A DNA stretch of 64,000 bases from Amoebophrya sp. A120 (GCA_905178155.1 CAJINV010000001.1:1433363-1497362), one strand, 5' to 3'; shown: positions 47,201 through 60,693, counted from the first letter of the stretch. Made by a program: numbers and translations. The notes: a model not told the origin generated them from the sequence alone.

Positions 47201-49979
47201 TCATGCACATTTTGCATGACCCGTAAGGTCTGTGATGCTGGTGCTAGCATCACAGATTTTTTGAGAGCTTCTCGATGCTAATTACGCATGAGAAATGCCC
47301 TCTCCACGTGCCAAGAACTGACTCCTCTTGCTGCTCATGCAACACAGATATTTTTAGAATCCGCAGACAGCATTACATCCAGACTCAGACATTTTTACAT
47401 TTGATAGCGAGGAGCAGCGGGCAAATCTGGCGAACTTCGGGCGCGCCGCGGGGCGGGAGGGGATTTTGCGGGACGGCGCCTTCGAATACATCATGGACAC
47501 GGACCTGGTCGGCGAGCAGAGAAGCGTGCACGAGTATGCTGAGTAAAAACGTCCCCACCCCAGAGTTGTCATGCAAGTCTGCATGCCAAAGAAGTTTCCT
47601 ATGCGGAGCCCCATGAGAAGCATTTTCTAGTCGTGTTTTGGAGTTTGTGATGCTAGAATCAGCATGATGTGCTAGATCTGTGATGCTGCTGAACTAGCGA
47701 AACAGGATCACACTATGAGGGCAAACTTGTCATGCCAAACAGCGAAAGCTGGTTGATTTGTCTAGCACATTTCCCATCTTGACTCTGGTGCGGGGACGTT
47801 TTTACTCAGGATGACGCGCCGCAGATCTCCCGGACCATCGCCCGGTTTGCCGAGGCGGCGCACGACTCCTTCGGGAATTGGCAGCACAGCGACCACCGGG
47901 AAAATTTCTACGCCGAGAACCAGCAGCAAACCCTGCAGCACCGCGAGTTCCCACACTCCACGAGGCTTCCAAGGCCCGAGTACCTCCCGCCGCCGCCGCC
48001 CGGGGATCATTATGCTGCACCAGGAACTTCTTCAACTTCATCTACTTCTGTGGAGAAAATTATAACCTCCGACGGGGACCACGGTTGTACCCCTGCGTCC
48101 GCTGTGACAGGCTTTCCACAGTACGACGGACCGAAGTTTTTCGACGACCCGCCCACGAATGGTAAAATAACGACCCCGCCGGGTGCAGCAGGGGACGAAT
48201 CACGTGTCGTCCCGGCGTCGTCCGACGAGGAGAGAATCGCTGGTGGTGCGCATCTTCGTGGTACAGCAAAAGCTCCTGGTGCTCCGTTTCAGCCACAGGC
48301 AAGAGCAGGAGTTGCCGGTGTGGCAGACGTGGCGGCGACGCACCGGCAAGATGATTCAGCTGCTCGCGAGTTGATGTACAACCACGCCGCGGGCGAAGGA
48401 GGTGCCCCTCCAGCACGGGTTGTTCGGGCCACTCCCGCGAACCATTCGACATCGCTCGGGAGCAAAGGCGGCGTGTACAATTACAACGGGACCACGAGCG
48501 CGTCGTCCGCCAGCCGCCCCTCGCCCGCCCCGCGCACGCGCGTTGGTGGAAGCTCGTTGGGTACGTGGCGCAGCAGCGGGCGGAGCGAGATGTCCACGGA
48601 GTCCGAGAACGAGGGGGAGGGGCCGGAGGAACTGCATCAGCAGCTTGGCGAGGACTTCTGGCTCGCCGGGATCCGCGGCACCTACGAGTCCAACGCCGCG
48701 GACTACTGGGCGGACCTGGGCCCCGTGTGGCAGCCGGACGCGGTTGGGTTCCCCGAGACCACGAACAGCAGGCGTGGCGGCCGTGGTGGGACGAACCAGC
48801 AGGGAGGGTCTCGTCCGGGAAGCTACAACAGCACGATGACCAGCGGTGGTGGTGCAGGAGGACTGAGTAGAGAGACTGCTGGAGGTGCGAGTGCGACTAC
48901 GTCCAGAATGCCGCCCATGCACGAGCACGAGGAAGACCACTACTTGCGCGACGAGTTCCAGGAGGGGCACGATGGACGAGAAGCTGAAGTTTACGGGAGG
49001 ACAACGACGTCGAGAGGGAGCAAAACTACAACTTCTGCTACAAATAACCGGGCGGGAATAGACTACAGTGGTACAACTAGCCCAGCTCCGCAACAAGAAG
49101 GAGCTCGAGTTGATGACGAGACAGACATGATCGGAGTAGAACTACACCAGGGCACCAAGATGAAATTAGGTTCTACTTCCTCGCTGGACGACTCGTCCGC
49201 CCACAACAATTCCGTCCGGTCGGATTACACGTACTACGCCAATTTTGGCGACGAGATGCGCGAGGTACGCGCGTTGCGGATTCAGAGCTCGGCGGCGCGG
49301 AGGGACTTGCGGGACGAGCAGATGACGAAGATTTTGGAGCGCTGCAAGGTGCTGCACGGGCACTTTTACAAGCTTCCCATCGAATTTACCTACAAACCCC
49401 GGCCCGACTGGACATCAGCCGCGTCTAAAGCGGGAGCAGCAGCTCCAGGGGCTAGTACTTCTTCGATGACGGCCCAAAACGAGTCGCAACGGTTGTTCAA
49501 GCGGCGGTTGCTGCTCGCCAGGGAATTCAGTTCCGAGCTGGTGCGAATTCTGGGTTACCTTTCTTCCACACTGATATGCAAGAAAAAAACTGTGTAAGTG
49601 TAAATTTGTGTTGCAGAAGATGCAACAGAGTTACACACGTCATGCCAGACAGCCATGAAGTCCTATTTTCATTTGTGTTTTCCCTTACAAACCATGCATG
49701 ACAGGTTTTCTCTGTGGTCATGTAGAGCAAATTTGTGATGTTGTTCCTCAAAGAAAGTTACACTTACACACTTTTTTTCCTGGATAACTGAGTGCCCGCG
49801 TGCAGCGGTGCCGCCGCGCCTCGCGGGCCCCGCCGTCGCCCTCGGAAACACCGGCTGCTGCTGGGAAAAAGGCGAACAAGCAAGCAGGCATTGGTGCCGG
49901 TGGTGTCTCTCTACTAGGGAAGAACACTAGTGTGGGTGCCGCGACCGGGATCAACATCAATTCGGGTAGTGGTATGTAG
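44297..49979 (+). CDS. Large low-complexity (G/Q/N/S/T-rich) protein; possibly the N-terminal part of the downstream HEATR6-like gene
   Basis: ORFs 44297, 45556 and 48050 join in frame after removing 5 introners; ends at TAG 49977 or continues from donor GTATGT at 49972. Confidence 0.65.
45411..45731. mobile_element. Introner, family B
   Basis: Family TIR; TSD TTCCG/TTTCG. Confidence 0.88.
46840..47104. mobile_element. Introner, family A
   Basis: Family TIR; TSD CGAGT. Confidence 0.9.
47158..47406. mobile_element. Introner, family A
   Basis: Family TIR; TSD GCGAG. Confidence 0.9.
47535..47813. mobile_element. Introner, family E
   Basis: Family TIR; TSD ACGAG/ACGCG. Confidence 0.85.
49575..49786. 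mobile_element. Introner, family F
   Basis: Family TIR; TSD ACTGA. Confidence 0.9.
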
Positions 49980-50579
49980 TGAGGTCACCGAACGGTTCTA
50001 ACCAGGGAGTTTTTTTGACACCTACCGTGAAAAACGACCGGAAGTTTTCAAGCGGCCGAAGGCGTTTTTTGACATAAAAAGTTTCCAATTATCAAGCGGC
50101 CGGGGCTTTGATATCAAACAAGCCCGGTCGAAAACTATCGATTCGCACTTGATAAAACGACGCAGGGGAGCCGGCAAAAGGGGCGCCCTTCTGAGGCGCC
50201 CACCGCCTTAGTTTCTGGCGATTTGGGGCTCCCAAAAAGGGGCGCGCAAAAAACGCGCCCAAAGTCAGAACAGCGAAACAGCATGGCACGGCCGCGATTT
50301 CGGAGCATTTTGGGCGGCCGCGAAAGCGGCCGCCTTTTCGCCGGTTTCAGAGCCTGGGAAGCTTTGCAAAAAGCGCCGGCGTGAAAAATAAAAACGCGAA
50401 AAAGAAAAAGCGACACAGACGCGCAAAGCCAATCCGCATGCTATGGGCCCGATTTCCCTTCGCTTTTTGGGCGCCCCCCGTGGCACCCGGATCGGCTCCA
50501 TAGCATGGGAGCTGGCTTTCGGAAAGGAATTTCGGAGATGTGCTAAAATTCGCGACGTTTATCGAGCGGCCGCCATACC

Positions 50580-53500
50580 GTGCGGCCTAACGTTACTCAC
50601 GGCGGTATGGCGAGCCAAGAAAAAGCAAAGTCGCGGCCAAGGCGACGGTCGGCCGGCATGCAAGAAAACGCCCACGACCTCACTACCTCCGCCCCGGCGG
50701 CTATATTTGGTACTTCCGCCGTAACTGGAGCCCCTTTTGCGAATAACACATCCCCCTACGCACTGTCTTGGCTGGCCTGCTTGCAGCTGTTCATCTCTAG
50801 TGGGGCGGAATATCTGGCGCCGACGTCCACGGTAGAGCGGGACGCGGTCAAGCTGTGCTCGCTCGAGGAGTGGATCTATGCGGAGCCTATCAAATGTAAA
50901 AATGTCTGGGTCTGGAAGAATGCAACTTGTGATGCTAACTTTGGATTCTAAAAAAATCTGTATTGCATGACCAGCAAGAGGCGCCCAGTTTGTGCTACGC
51001 GGGGAGGGCATTTGTCATGCGGGATAGGCATCAGGAAGGCCTGTAGAAATATATGATGCTAGATCATGCATTACAGACATCCTGAGTCATGCAAAATATG
51101 CATGACAAACCTGGTAACCTTTCAGACCCAGACATTTTTACATTTGATAGAGCCCTCGCAGGTACTACAGACAGTCGGGGTCTGAAGACCACTCTGGTTT
51201 TCATCGTGTGCAAAATAAAACAGGCTAAAGCAACATATGGCTCTACTTGGAATGCTTTTTGAAGATGTCGCTACTTTTCAGTCCTCTTATACGGTGGTAA
51301 TCTATCAGGATGTTGATCACGACACATCAATACGAGTAAAGCTAAAGTGCCTTTATTTTCTGTATTCAAAGCAAAAGGTGTTCCGCGTTCCGCATTTCGT
51401 CCTGGCGCAGCTCCGCGGAGACGCGCAGCGCGTGCGCGTGAAGGCGTTGCAGGTGCTGGAGCAGATGAGTATTCTGTACCCGAAGGTGTTTTTTGGGCGT
51501 TGGTCTCTGGTCCTGGATTTTCCCGGCTTCCATGTGATCCGGCGGTACACGGACGACTTTGGGTATCAAATGCAAAAATGTCTGGGTCTGGAAGGTCGGA
51601 ACTTGTGATGCTGTCTCTGGATTCTAAAAAAATTTGTATTGCATGACCAGCAAGAGGATTCCATTTTGTGCTACGCGGAGAGCGCATTTCTCATGCGGTA
51701 GAGGTATCACAAAGCCCTCTAAAAATCTGTGATGCTACGGCATGCATCACAGACATCATGGCTCATGGAAAAAATGCATGACAAATGTCGAAATCTTCCA
51801 GACCCAGACATTTTTGCATTTGATATTGGTGAGTCCGCGCTTATGTCCGAAAGTACCCCGTGCAGCACCACCACAAATAAAGACCTGCAAGGAGGTGGTT
51901 CCTCCTGTAGAGCTGTTCAAAGCTTGTCGTTCAACACAGCAGGAGGACCTGGTGCAGCCGCAGGAGCTCAACATCAGAAGGTGGACGTCGTCTTAGGAAC
52001 AACTACCAATACGACCACCACCGGCGTGGTCAACATGATGAAACCGAAGCGACGGCTGATCCACCGAGTGTTTCCTTTTTTACTGAACAATTCCTCCCCG
52101 AACGAGGACAGTAACGCCGCTCCCCCCCGGCTCTCCGCGCTGCTCGCCGTGGCGCTCTTCGACGAGGTGCCCTACTGTCGCCAGGTCGCGCTGAACATCG
52201 TCGTCCAGCTCCTCACTGTGCCCGAGATGAAAAGCTTTCCGCTGCCGCTCGAAAACCTCCAAAATGACCGCTTTTACAGCTGTCTCCGCGTCGTGCAGGA
52301 TCTGGACAAGCAGAATCTTGCGCCCGCCGAGAATAAAGACAAAGACGCGGGGGCAAACATCATCGACGAAGAAGCGGAAGCGGGCTTTGGAAGTGCCACT
52401 TCTCCTGGCAAGCCGGGGGCGACGGGGGCCACGCAAGAGTTGATGACCGTGCAGAAGAGGACGGCCCAAGTGGTATTTGTTATATTAGCACTGTTTTATT
52501 CGCATTGCGTCAATGGTAGGAGGATCCTGTTGTTGAGTGTGAAGATGTCGATCTACTTGCTTGCGATTGATGCGCTTCGATCACCAGTTTCATCTCCACC
52601 ACACGAGCTCTCTTCTGCATGTTGCTCACACGACGGGGCCACGTATAAGGACGTTGTTGTGGTCCTCACAACAGGTCAAGGGTTATTTTCTTTTTCGTGT
52701 CCAGCAATAAATTTAAATTTAAATAGGGCAAATATCAGCAAGGAATAAGTTCTGGACCTGATGTTGAGAATACAATCACCCAATTTATTCCTTGTCCACA
52801 GGGCGTTTCTTCGAGCTTCGGCTCCGCGAACAGCAGTATGACGGAGCAGCTCGCGTTGGACGTCCGGCTGGCGCACATGGTGATGTTTACCCACCTAAAT
52901 GAACCGCACAACGTGGACATTGCGCTCCACGCCCTGTCTCAAGTGGTTTCCTGCATGCCCTACACGAAGTTCCGCGCGGGACTGCTGGGCAACCTGGTGA
53001 TGCACCTGGGCCCGCAGATCGCGAACTTGTCCGTGGCAGCGAACACGCACCGCGCCCGGCGGCTGCACTGGCTGGTCAGCATTTTCAGCCAGATGCTGCG
53101 CTTCAAAAACAGTGACAGCAGCCACGCAAAGGAAATTGCCTGTGCCTTGGTGCAGCGCATCCGGATCAGGTCGACCACCGCGAATCAACATCATGCTGGT
53201 GGGAGACCGCCTTTTGGTTCGAATTTGACGGACAGCAAGGCAACTTCTACAGCCAAGTGGCCCTCGCTCAACGGCAACAAGCACCCTACGAACCGCCAAC
53301 AGTTAATGCGCCTGGAGCTGCAACAGCGTAATACATTTGTCACCACGCACGACACCTGTGTGGCGGAGTTGCTGATGCAGCTAACGCTTTCTCTACTGCA
53401 CGACAATGAATTTGCGTCCCTCGTGCTGGACTTCCTCGCCGTCGTCCAGCACATGTCCACGTTGCTCTACGGCGTGTGCATGCACCTTCGCGACCAGAAG

Positions 53501-56500
53501 CTCGGCGGCGGTAATATGCGCAGGAAAAAGCGGATGCCGCCATGGGAAATGCTGAAGCACCATCACGCCCTGTTGGCGAAAGCGGCAAGATTGATTCCGG
53601 GCACGACAACGACTACAACCAGTGCTGCTGGGGCAATAAATCAAGAGCAGACCACAGGAACAGCACCACTGCAAAAAACAGAGAAGAAAGTACAAGTTGA
53701 GCAGGAACAAGCGGGAGGACAAAACAACGATTACAGTACCGTGAAAAGAATCAGCAGCTCAAAGGGCAGCAGCACCGCCGTCCTCGCGCAGGACGAAGAC
53801 CAAGGAGCGGGAAGTAGATCACTTTTGAACAAAGACGCGGAAGTTGAAAACAACAAGAAGCCCAAAACCAATGCTGCGTGGAGTGCGCTGACCGAGGTGG
53901 CGATGCAACTCGGGGGGGAATCCTGCCAACTCACCCGGTTGCTGGAAACACTGTGCTTTCATCTCCTCTGCGAACGCACCCAGGAGCGCGGGCACGTGGA
54001 TGCGCTAGAGAACCATGCGACCGCAGGTGCCGACGACGTTCTGCTCCTGGTGGAGCAAAATAGTAGTAGCACACTGAATGTCAACAACCCGTCCTCGTCC
54101 AACTCCAGGCGGACGTTGAAAGGGAACGGAAAGCAGCACGGACGTGGTCAACACGGCAAAGACAACTACCTGTTGAAACAACACGAAGTGCTGACCCCCG
54201 CTTCAACATCAATATCGCAGAAGGAGGTGGTGAATATCTACTTGCACCACCAGCGGGCCCTGCGAATCTTGGAAGAAGTGCCCGGGTTCGCGCCGGTGGC
54301 CTTGCTTCCCCACGTGATTGCGCTCTTTTTCACCAAACCAGTCCCGCTGAAAGGGGTCTTGACCGAGCAATCGGTTTTAGCTTTTCAGTCCGTGCAGCAG
54401 CGCCACAACGTGCCCAGGTTCTGCATCACCGCACTGCAGGACATGCTGGTGGACGCCGCCCGCAGCGAGACCTGGATGACGGAGTACCACGCCAGTGCCA
54501 CGCTGTGCTTGCCGAAGCTGATCCTGAACGTGAGCGTGTGGTTTCTGCACCGCGACCTCGTTTTCCGCATTCTCACCACTTCCGGCGTCGCTGAGAACCC
54601 AAAGCGCCGCCGCTTCCCGGTCATGCTCGCCCGCTTGTGCTGCCGGGTCATCGATTTTCTGTCCGACGAGGTGCAGTTACTGGCTAGTAGTACGACTAGT
54701 ACCTCCGCAACAGGAACTGCTGGTGCGGAGAAAGTAGACAAGGAAGATCTAGAACTTCATGCGGATGATGAACCACAAGCGGCCCTCGAAGATGAAGCAG
54801 AGGAAGTGTCCCCGGTGTCCGGCTCGGAGTTGATCTTTTCCGCATTGTATCAAATGCAAATATGTCTGGGTCTGGAAGGTTGGAACTTGTCATGCTAAAT
54901 CTGAATCATGCAAAAATCTGCGTTGCATGATTACCATCGAAAGGCTCCCTTCCGTACGGAGCGCCCCGAACCCGTTTTAGCGCACCTTTATGATAGCCTC
55001 GCTGTTATGAGAAGTTAGATCAGTTTGTAGAACCCAGTCGGTTTATGCTAGCAGATGGCTAGTGCGCTGTGAACCCCCAGGACCAGGTTGACTCAGTCCC
55101 GACCGAAGTGGTGGGCGCTAGGGTGAACTATGTATGTAGCGCTTAGGGCCCTTCCGTGCGGCCATATGTATGTCCCGCAACGGGGTTCGTCTATGTCGGT
55201 CATTTATATGCAAGGCGATGGGTTACCCGGTCGGCAGAGCCGATCCACACGAACGAGCGATGATTTTTACCAAATGCTATCCACTTTTGATCAAGTTGAG
55301 AGGCAGTTTCTCATGCAGGATAGGCATGATAGTGATCTCACGGAATCTGTCATGCTAGGTCCTCCATTACAAATCATATGGGTCATCGAAAACCTGCATG
55401 ACAAGTCGAGCAAAGTCCCAGACCCAGACATGTTTGCGTTTGATACACTGAAGCAGGACTTTCGGAAGTTGCTCCACCTTGTCCGGGAACAAATCACGGA
55501 AACCGCGGACCGCGGGGGCATTATTGCGTTGGGGGATATTGCGGATCACCTGCGCAAAGCCGGACCGGCGGTGCTCGCCGCGACCGTTGGAGGGAAAGAG
55601 GACCGAGGTGCGTTTTTCATGCCGGATGTAGAAATGGAGCCGCGTGCAGGAAGAGGAGGAGTTTCAGAGCATGCAGTTTCCCCTGCTGAAAACATCGACG
55701 CACATCAAGATCGTGAACTACAACAACCCGAAGTAGACGAAGACTGGCGGTTGGCCGCGGTGCGATTAGTTTTTGAATTCAGCGAAAAGATGCAGGCTGG
55801 ACAACTCGAGTTGTCTCCAGAGGATAATCTTCCCCGTGCTGCCGTCGGGGATAGCAAAGATAAAGACGCAGGCATCCTCTGTAAAAACCTCGTCCCCACC
55901 TCATAGGAAGGACAGAAAATGCTTGCATATAAATCTGTGTAGTGTGAAGGTGAACTAGAAGCATTTTTGCCTGACCCTGACTATCCGCGCATCACAAATT
56001 ATTTCCAAGCACGACTAGAACATGGATCGCATGGGAAAAAGTCGCAAGACAGAAAGTTTCTGCGAGCAGATTTCATTCAGAAATATAGAATAACATCACA
56101 TACGGAGTGGAGACGTCGTTTTTGCACAGGATTTTTGTAGCAGGACCAAAACTGGACCACGTGATCGTTGTGCGGTGCCTTGGTTACCTGGGCTGCATCC
56201 TTCCCAAATGCGAACAGGCGGCGGCCTTGCTGGAGAAGATCCAGGAGGACTTCGTCGAACGGATTGCGGCGGCGCAAATCGAGTTGACCAGGGACTACAA
56301 AAAGGAGCTAGAGTATGGATGTGTAGTCAGGACCGAAATCGAAAAACTTGTGATGCATGAAATGTAGGGCAGTGAAGGCCTGTATTGGGGAGCAGGCAAA
56401 TGAGACCGATTGTAAGCGTGATTAGGGGTATGCAATGTGCTGCCAGAGTAGAATGACAGGAGCAGTCTTCTTTGCCCAAAGAGCATGACAGACTGAATCT

Positions 56501-57696
56501 GGGTGCTCCCGAAATTTGTCATGCGCCACTTGGAAACTGAGGCTCCAACTGGCATCCGATTTTTTGCATCACAAACTATTTCAACTTTGACGATTTCAAT
56601 CCTGACGCTTCCATATAGAGCGGGAGAAAAAAGAGATGGACAGCCTGGGACTACTAGGCAGTGGCGCAGGTGCCGAGGGATTGATCGGTGGAACTTATGG
56701 AACTACCAGTACTACAGATACAAAAGTAGTAGAACGAGAGAAGGATGCTCCTGGTCCTGCCACGGAGGTGGAGCCAAGATCGTCCGCTTCGATAGCAGCA
56801 TCTTCATCATCATCCGCCTCGTCTTCCAGCAGCGCAACCTCCGACGATCGAAACACAATGTCTTTGAAGTTGAAATTGATCCAACCACCCCCGGGACTGC
56901 TAGAGGAGTACGAGGAAGAACTGCAAAAAGGTACTAATATTAAGTCTGACACCAAAGCCGGCACGACCGAAGACGAAGAGCCGAACAAGCCTTTCGGGAA
57001 GACCACGACAAGCAAGTCGAAATCTATTCTGAACCCGGAAGAAGAACAATTAAAACCGCCCACCGAGCAGATACCCAAGGTGGTGAAGCAAGCCCTGGAA
57101 TGGGGTCCGAGCAGCGCGGAGACCCAGGCTGAACTGGTGCGGAAGTCGAAGCAGCGATCCGCTGCGAACTTTCTGAACAAGGGGAAAAACAAAGAAGTCT
57201 TTAAAATCCTGTGGAACACTTTGGGAGCGCTGGGGCATTTGCTCTCTTTCGGCGACCTGAGGTTCACGGATAACACGATCGAGTGTCTCTCCAACGTGGC
57301 TGTGGAGGTTCCGCACGAAAAGGTGCAATTGATTGCGCAGCGGGGTTTGGCCAGGGGAATGCTCCGCGACATTTACTCCCGACACATACTATCAAATGTA
57401 AAAATGTCTGGGTCTGGAAGAATGCATGTTTGTCATGCTTGTCTGGCATGACTCTTAAATCTGTCATGCACGTTGCCAAAGAGCCGCATTTTTCTGTCAT
57501 GCGGAGACGCAATTTGTCATGCAGAATAGGCAACGCCTACAAGCTCAGAAGTTTGTCATGCTGAGCCAGCACTTGTGGCCTTCTCATGCTACGCCACTCA
57601 GCATCACAAGTTTCCAGACCCAGACATTTTTACTTTTGATACATACCAGGCTACAAGCAAACCTCGCGGCATCTGCAGTTGCCGGCTGCTGCGTAA
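50580..57696 (+). CDS. HEAT-repeat protein, HEATR6/DUF4042-like; both ends uncertain
   Basis: RVRVKALQVL..KVFFGRWSLVL, LLAVALFDEVPYCRQVALNIV and KILWNTLGALGHL resemble HEATR6 blocks in the right order. Confidence 0.65.
50888..51149. mobile_element. Introner, family A
   Basis: Family TIR; TSD GAGCC. Confidence 0.92.
51564..51825. mobile_element. Introner, family A
   Basis: Family TIR; TSD TTGGG/TTGGT. Confidence 0.92.
54848..55445. mobile_element. Introner, family A, with a nested 330-bp insert
   Basis: Family TIR; TSD CATTG/CACTG. Confidence 0.88.
55873..56139. mobile_element. Introner, family E (eroded ends)
   Basis: Family TIR core; TSD GCAGG. Confidence 0.75.
56314..56615. mobile_element. 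Introner, family D
   Basis: Family TIR; TSD TAGAG. Confidence 0.92.
57390..57641. mobile_element. Introner, family A
   Basis: Family TIR; TSD CATAC. Confidence 0.9.
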
Positions 57697-57716
57697 GTTT
57701 GTTAATAGGCCTCCCC

Positions 57717-57995
57717 TATCCTGAGTAAAAACGTCCCCACCCCACAGTTGTCATGCAGATTTGCAGTCACAGGAAAATTTGTAATGCGCATCCAGATGAG
57801 AGGCATTTCCAATCGTGTTTTGGACTCTGTCATGCTGTAAACACGATGAGAAAGTAGCTTTCTCATGCGGCAGCCCTTGCTCACCAGCACTACCCTGCAG
57901 GTGGAAGCTTGTCATGCACAACTCCCAAAGCTTGGAAATTTGTGTTGCAGATTTACCAACTTGACTCTGGTATGGGGACGTTTTTACACAGAACA
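57717..57995. mobile_element. Family E element near the gene 3' end
   Basis: Family TIR; right end eroded. Confidence 0.75.
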
Positions 57996-59599
57996 GCTCC
58001 CCCGCTTGATAAGTAGATATTTTGCAGACGAGTCGCAATATGTCGTGTCTACCAGTAACAAATAGAAATACTACCCCTATACCCAATGCCTAGAATCTTC
58101 ACCATGCAATTAATACCTGTGCTTGATGAATGAACGAAGGTAAGTAGAGAAACTAAGAGCAAGAGAACCAGAACGTATGAACTTGTTAGAAAGTCTCTCT
58201 AGGAATACGAATACCGTATTAAACGTGAAGCCAGAACCTTCTCCAGTTGAATACACAGTTTCTACCGCCGTCGCACTTGCGATAGATTATTGCTGAAGCT
58301 CTCATCAACGGGAACGGCTCGGTCTCGGATTACTAATAGGTATTCTATATAGTTGTGAAGAGACCTGCAGCACACGGTCATATGCATATCTCATTAATTT
58401 TCAGCAGAACTAGTACCAGGAGATGTGCTCCGTGTGGCCGCGGGCGAACCACGCTAATGGAACAACATTGATCATACACCCGCAAGATGAAGATGAACGC
58501 AACACGACTCTGTAATTACGCCCTGCCCCTACAACTGCATCTTTTTGATGGCGCTTCTTCGCAGGCCGACCGGACCCAATCTTGCATCTTTTTTTAGAAG
58601 TAAAGAAAAGCACCCGTCAAATTAATTGTTGATAAAAAGATGAACAAAAAAGTAAGAAAAAGAATGAGGTACAAAGAATTCCGAAAATAATGTTTTAAGA
58701 CGACCGACCCAAATAATATATGCAGTTCGTTGTAGCAGTAGCAGTTCTTTCGTATGCGCACTCCTAGACCTCCTAGCAGCTGCAGATTAGTAGATCGGCT
58801 CCCTCCTGTTTCATCCCTTTTCGTAGGTGAAGCAAGGGGTCACCAGGGCCATTGGGGGCCCAGAAGATAATGATTGATGCGTCTTTTCCTAGATTGATAG
58901 AAGGCACGAAAAAGTCTGCAACTTTTTGATGCTGTAAAAAATCAGTTGGACGGAAAAACAAGGAGTGTAGTCGAAGGGCGAACCGCCGAGATGAAAAAAC
59001 ACAGCACTTTAGCTATTACTACACGATGAACGCATGATATGCATGACAGAAAAAAAGGTATTTGCACGCCTGAGTACTTCGTTCTCTTTGATTACGGCCT
59101 TCCATTTCATATCGGCAGAAACCAACTTTTCTGAAAGGATTTTTACAATGATAGTACCGTGACCGAATCACAAAACCAATGTGGCTCACAGTCGACGAGG
59201 ACCAGCGAGCTTTCCTCGTCCATTTGGTCTAGCTTCTCGCAAAATCGAAATCCGAAACTGTGTTCATCCGCGATAAAGACCTTCGGAAGGTCCTATCAAT
59301 TTATCAGAATGCAACAACGAATCGAATGAGGTGGTGGATCAGAGTCAGGTATTCTAATCGGTACGACATACATGTACATCAAGCTGTGTTGAGGTCAGTT
59401 GACAAATTTCGATTTCGCTCGTCGGTGAGTCCTCGATCAATATTATGCAAGAATTGAACAAAAGAAATCGGATCCGCATGTGGTTTTCCCAACGGCAGAT
59501 TGGAACAATGGTAAGTACCAGTAGAAGGAAGTTAGCTAGGTAGTTGAAATACAAATTCGCACTCAGAAGTTGTACACGATCACAGTCGCAATTTTGTAG

Positions 59600-60693
59600 T
59601 TGAGATTGAATCTCCATTCGCTTGCCAGGACGACCTCGAACATCTAAACAAACACCGATATCTATGACGGCAGCAACGTGCCCAACGCCCAACTTACCCA
59701 TGGGGGATCAAAAAAAAAATTTCGGTGTGTCTTAGATATATGATATAGATATTTCTATAAGATAGGCAGTTGAACTAGTTATATAATTTAAGTAGCTAGA
59801 AAAGGCGTTTTTTAAGGGTTTCAGGACGCTACTCCGCCGATATTCAGCTCCACGGATTCGCCTCGGTTGTCTCCACGCCGGGGCGCCGGGATACTGCACA
59901 CGAAGGCGTGGCGTAGATAGGGCACGAAGCTTCGCAGGGGCAAGCCCTTTTCTGTGTTTTGTTTGTGCCTTGCGGCCGCTTTCCGCCGAGCTTGGGAGCC
60001 ATTTTGTGAGGCTATCCAAAGCGCCCCGGCTTCGTTGTGTTCCTACCTGGGCAGATTGACTTCACACAGGACAACACGAGAGTCCGGGATCCCCGTCCGC
60101 GATGCCCCTCCGAGATGCCCCCTTTTTGGCAAGGGACAAAACGACCACAGCGTCGGGGCTAGGGGTAAAAATATGCCCTGCGGGAGGCCCTGTGTGGACC
60201 CCCTCCCGCGGACCCCCCCTCGCGCCCCCGCCTCTCGCCTGCGGCCCTGCAGGCCGCGGCCTGCGGACCATGTTGCACTTGGCTTGCGGGTGCTTTTTGG
60301 CGAACCCCCCCTGGCAGCAGATGGCACGCTGCTCAGCCTTTTCTCATAAGCAGGGCGCGCGGCTTTGCGTGTCTACCGTGCCGGCTTGCCGTCAGCCATC
60401 CCCTGGATGCGGCTAGCTGCGCCAAACCTTCCACAGGCCACGCACAATGGAAAGCGCGGGCAGTAGACAGACGCTACGCCATGGGGCTCTTCCTCGGTTT
60501 TTTGCTAGGGTTCTGCGGCGAATCCGTGGAGCTGGATATCGGCGATGTAGCGTCCCGGAAGTTGTAAAAAACGCCTTATATAGATAAGCTATTAACCTAG
60601 CTAAAAACAAATCACTTTTACTAGCTAGTCAATGTATTTGAGATTGAATTTCCAGCCAGGACGACCTCGAACATCTAAACAAACACCGATATC
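59600..60693. mobile_element. About 1-kb insert with 61-bp internal inverted repeats, between ~60-bp direct repeats
   Basis: Identical 39-mer at 59624-59662 and 60655-60693; imperfect IR at 59802-59862 and 60517-60577; GC-rich core. Confidence 0.65.

Noticed and set aside
12296-57641. The recurring ~30-bp family A repeat as a CRISPR array
   Set aside because: Copies are dispersed inverted pairs with TSDs, not direct repeats with spacers; no cas genes; eukaryotic context
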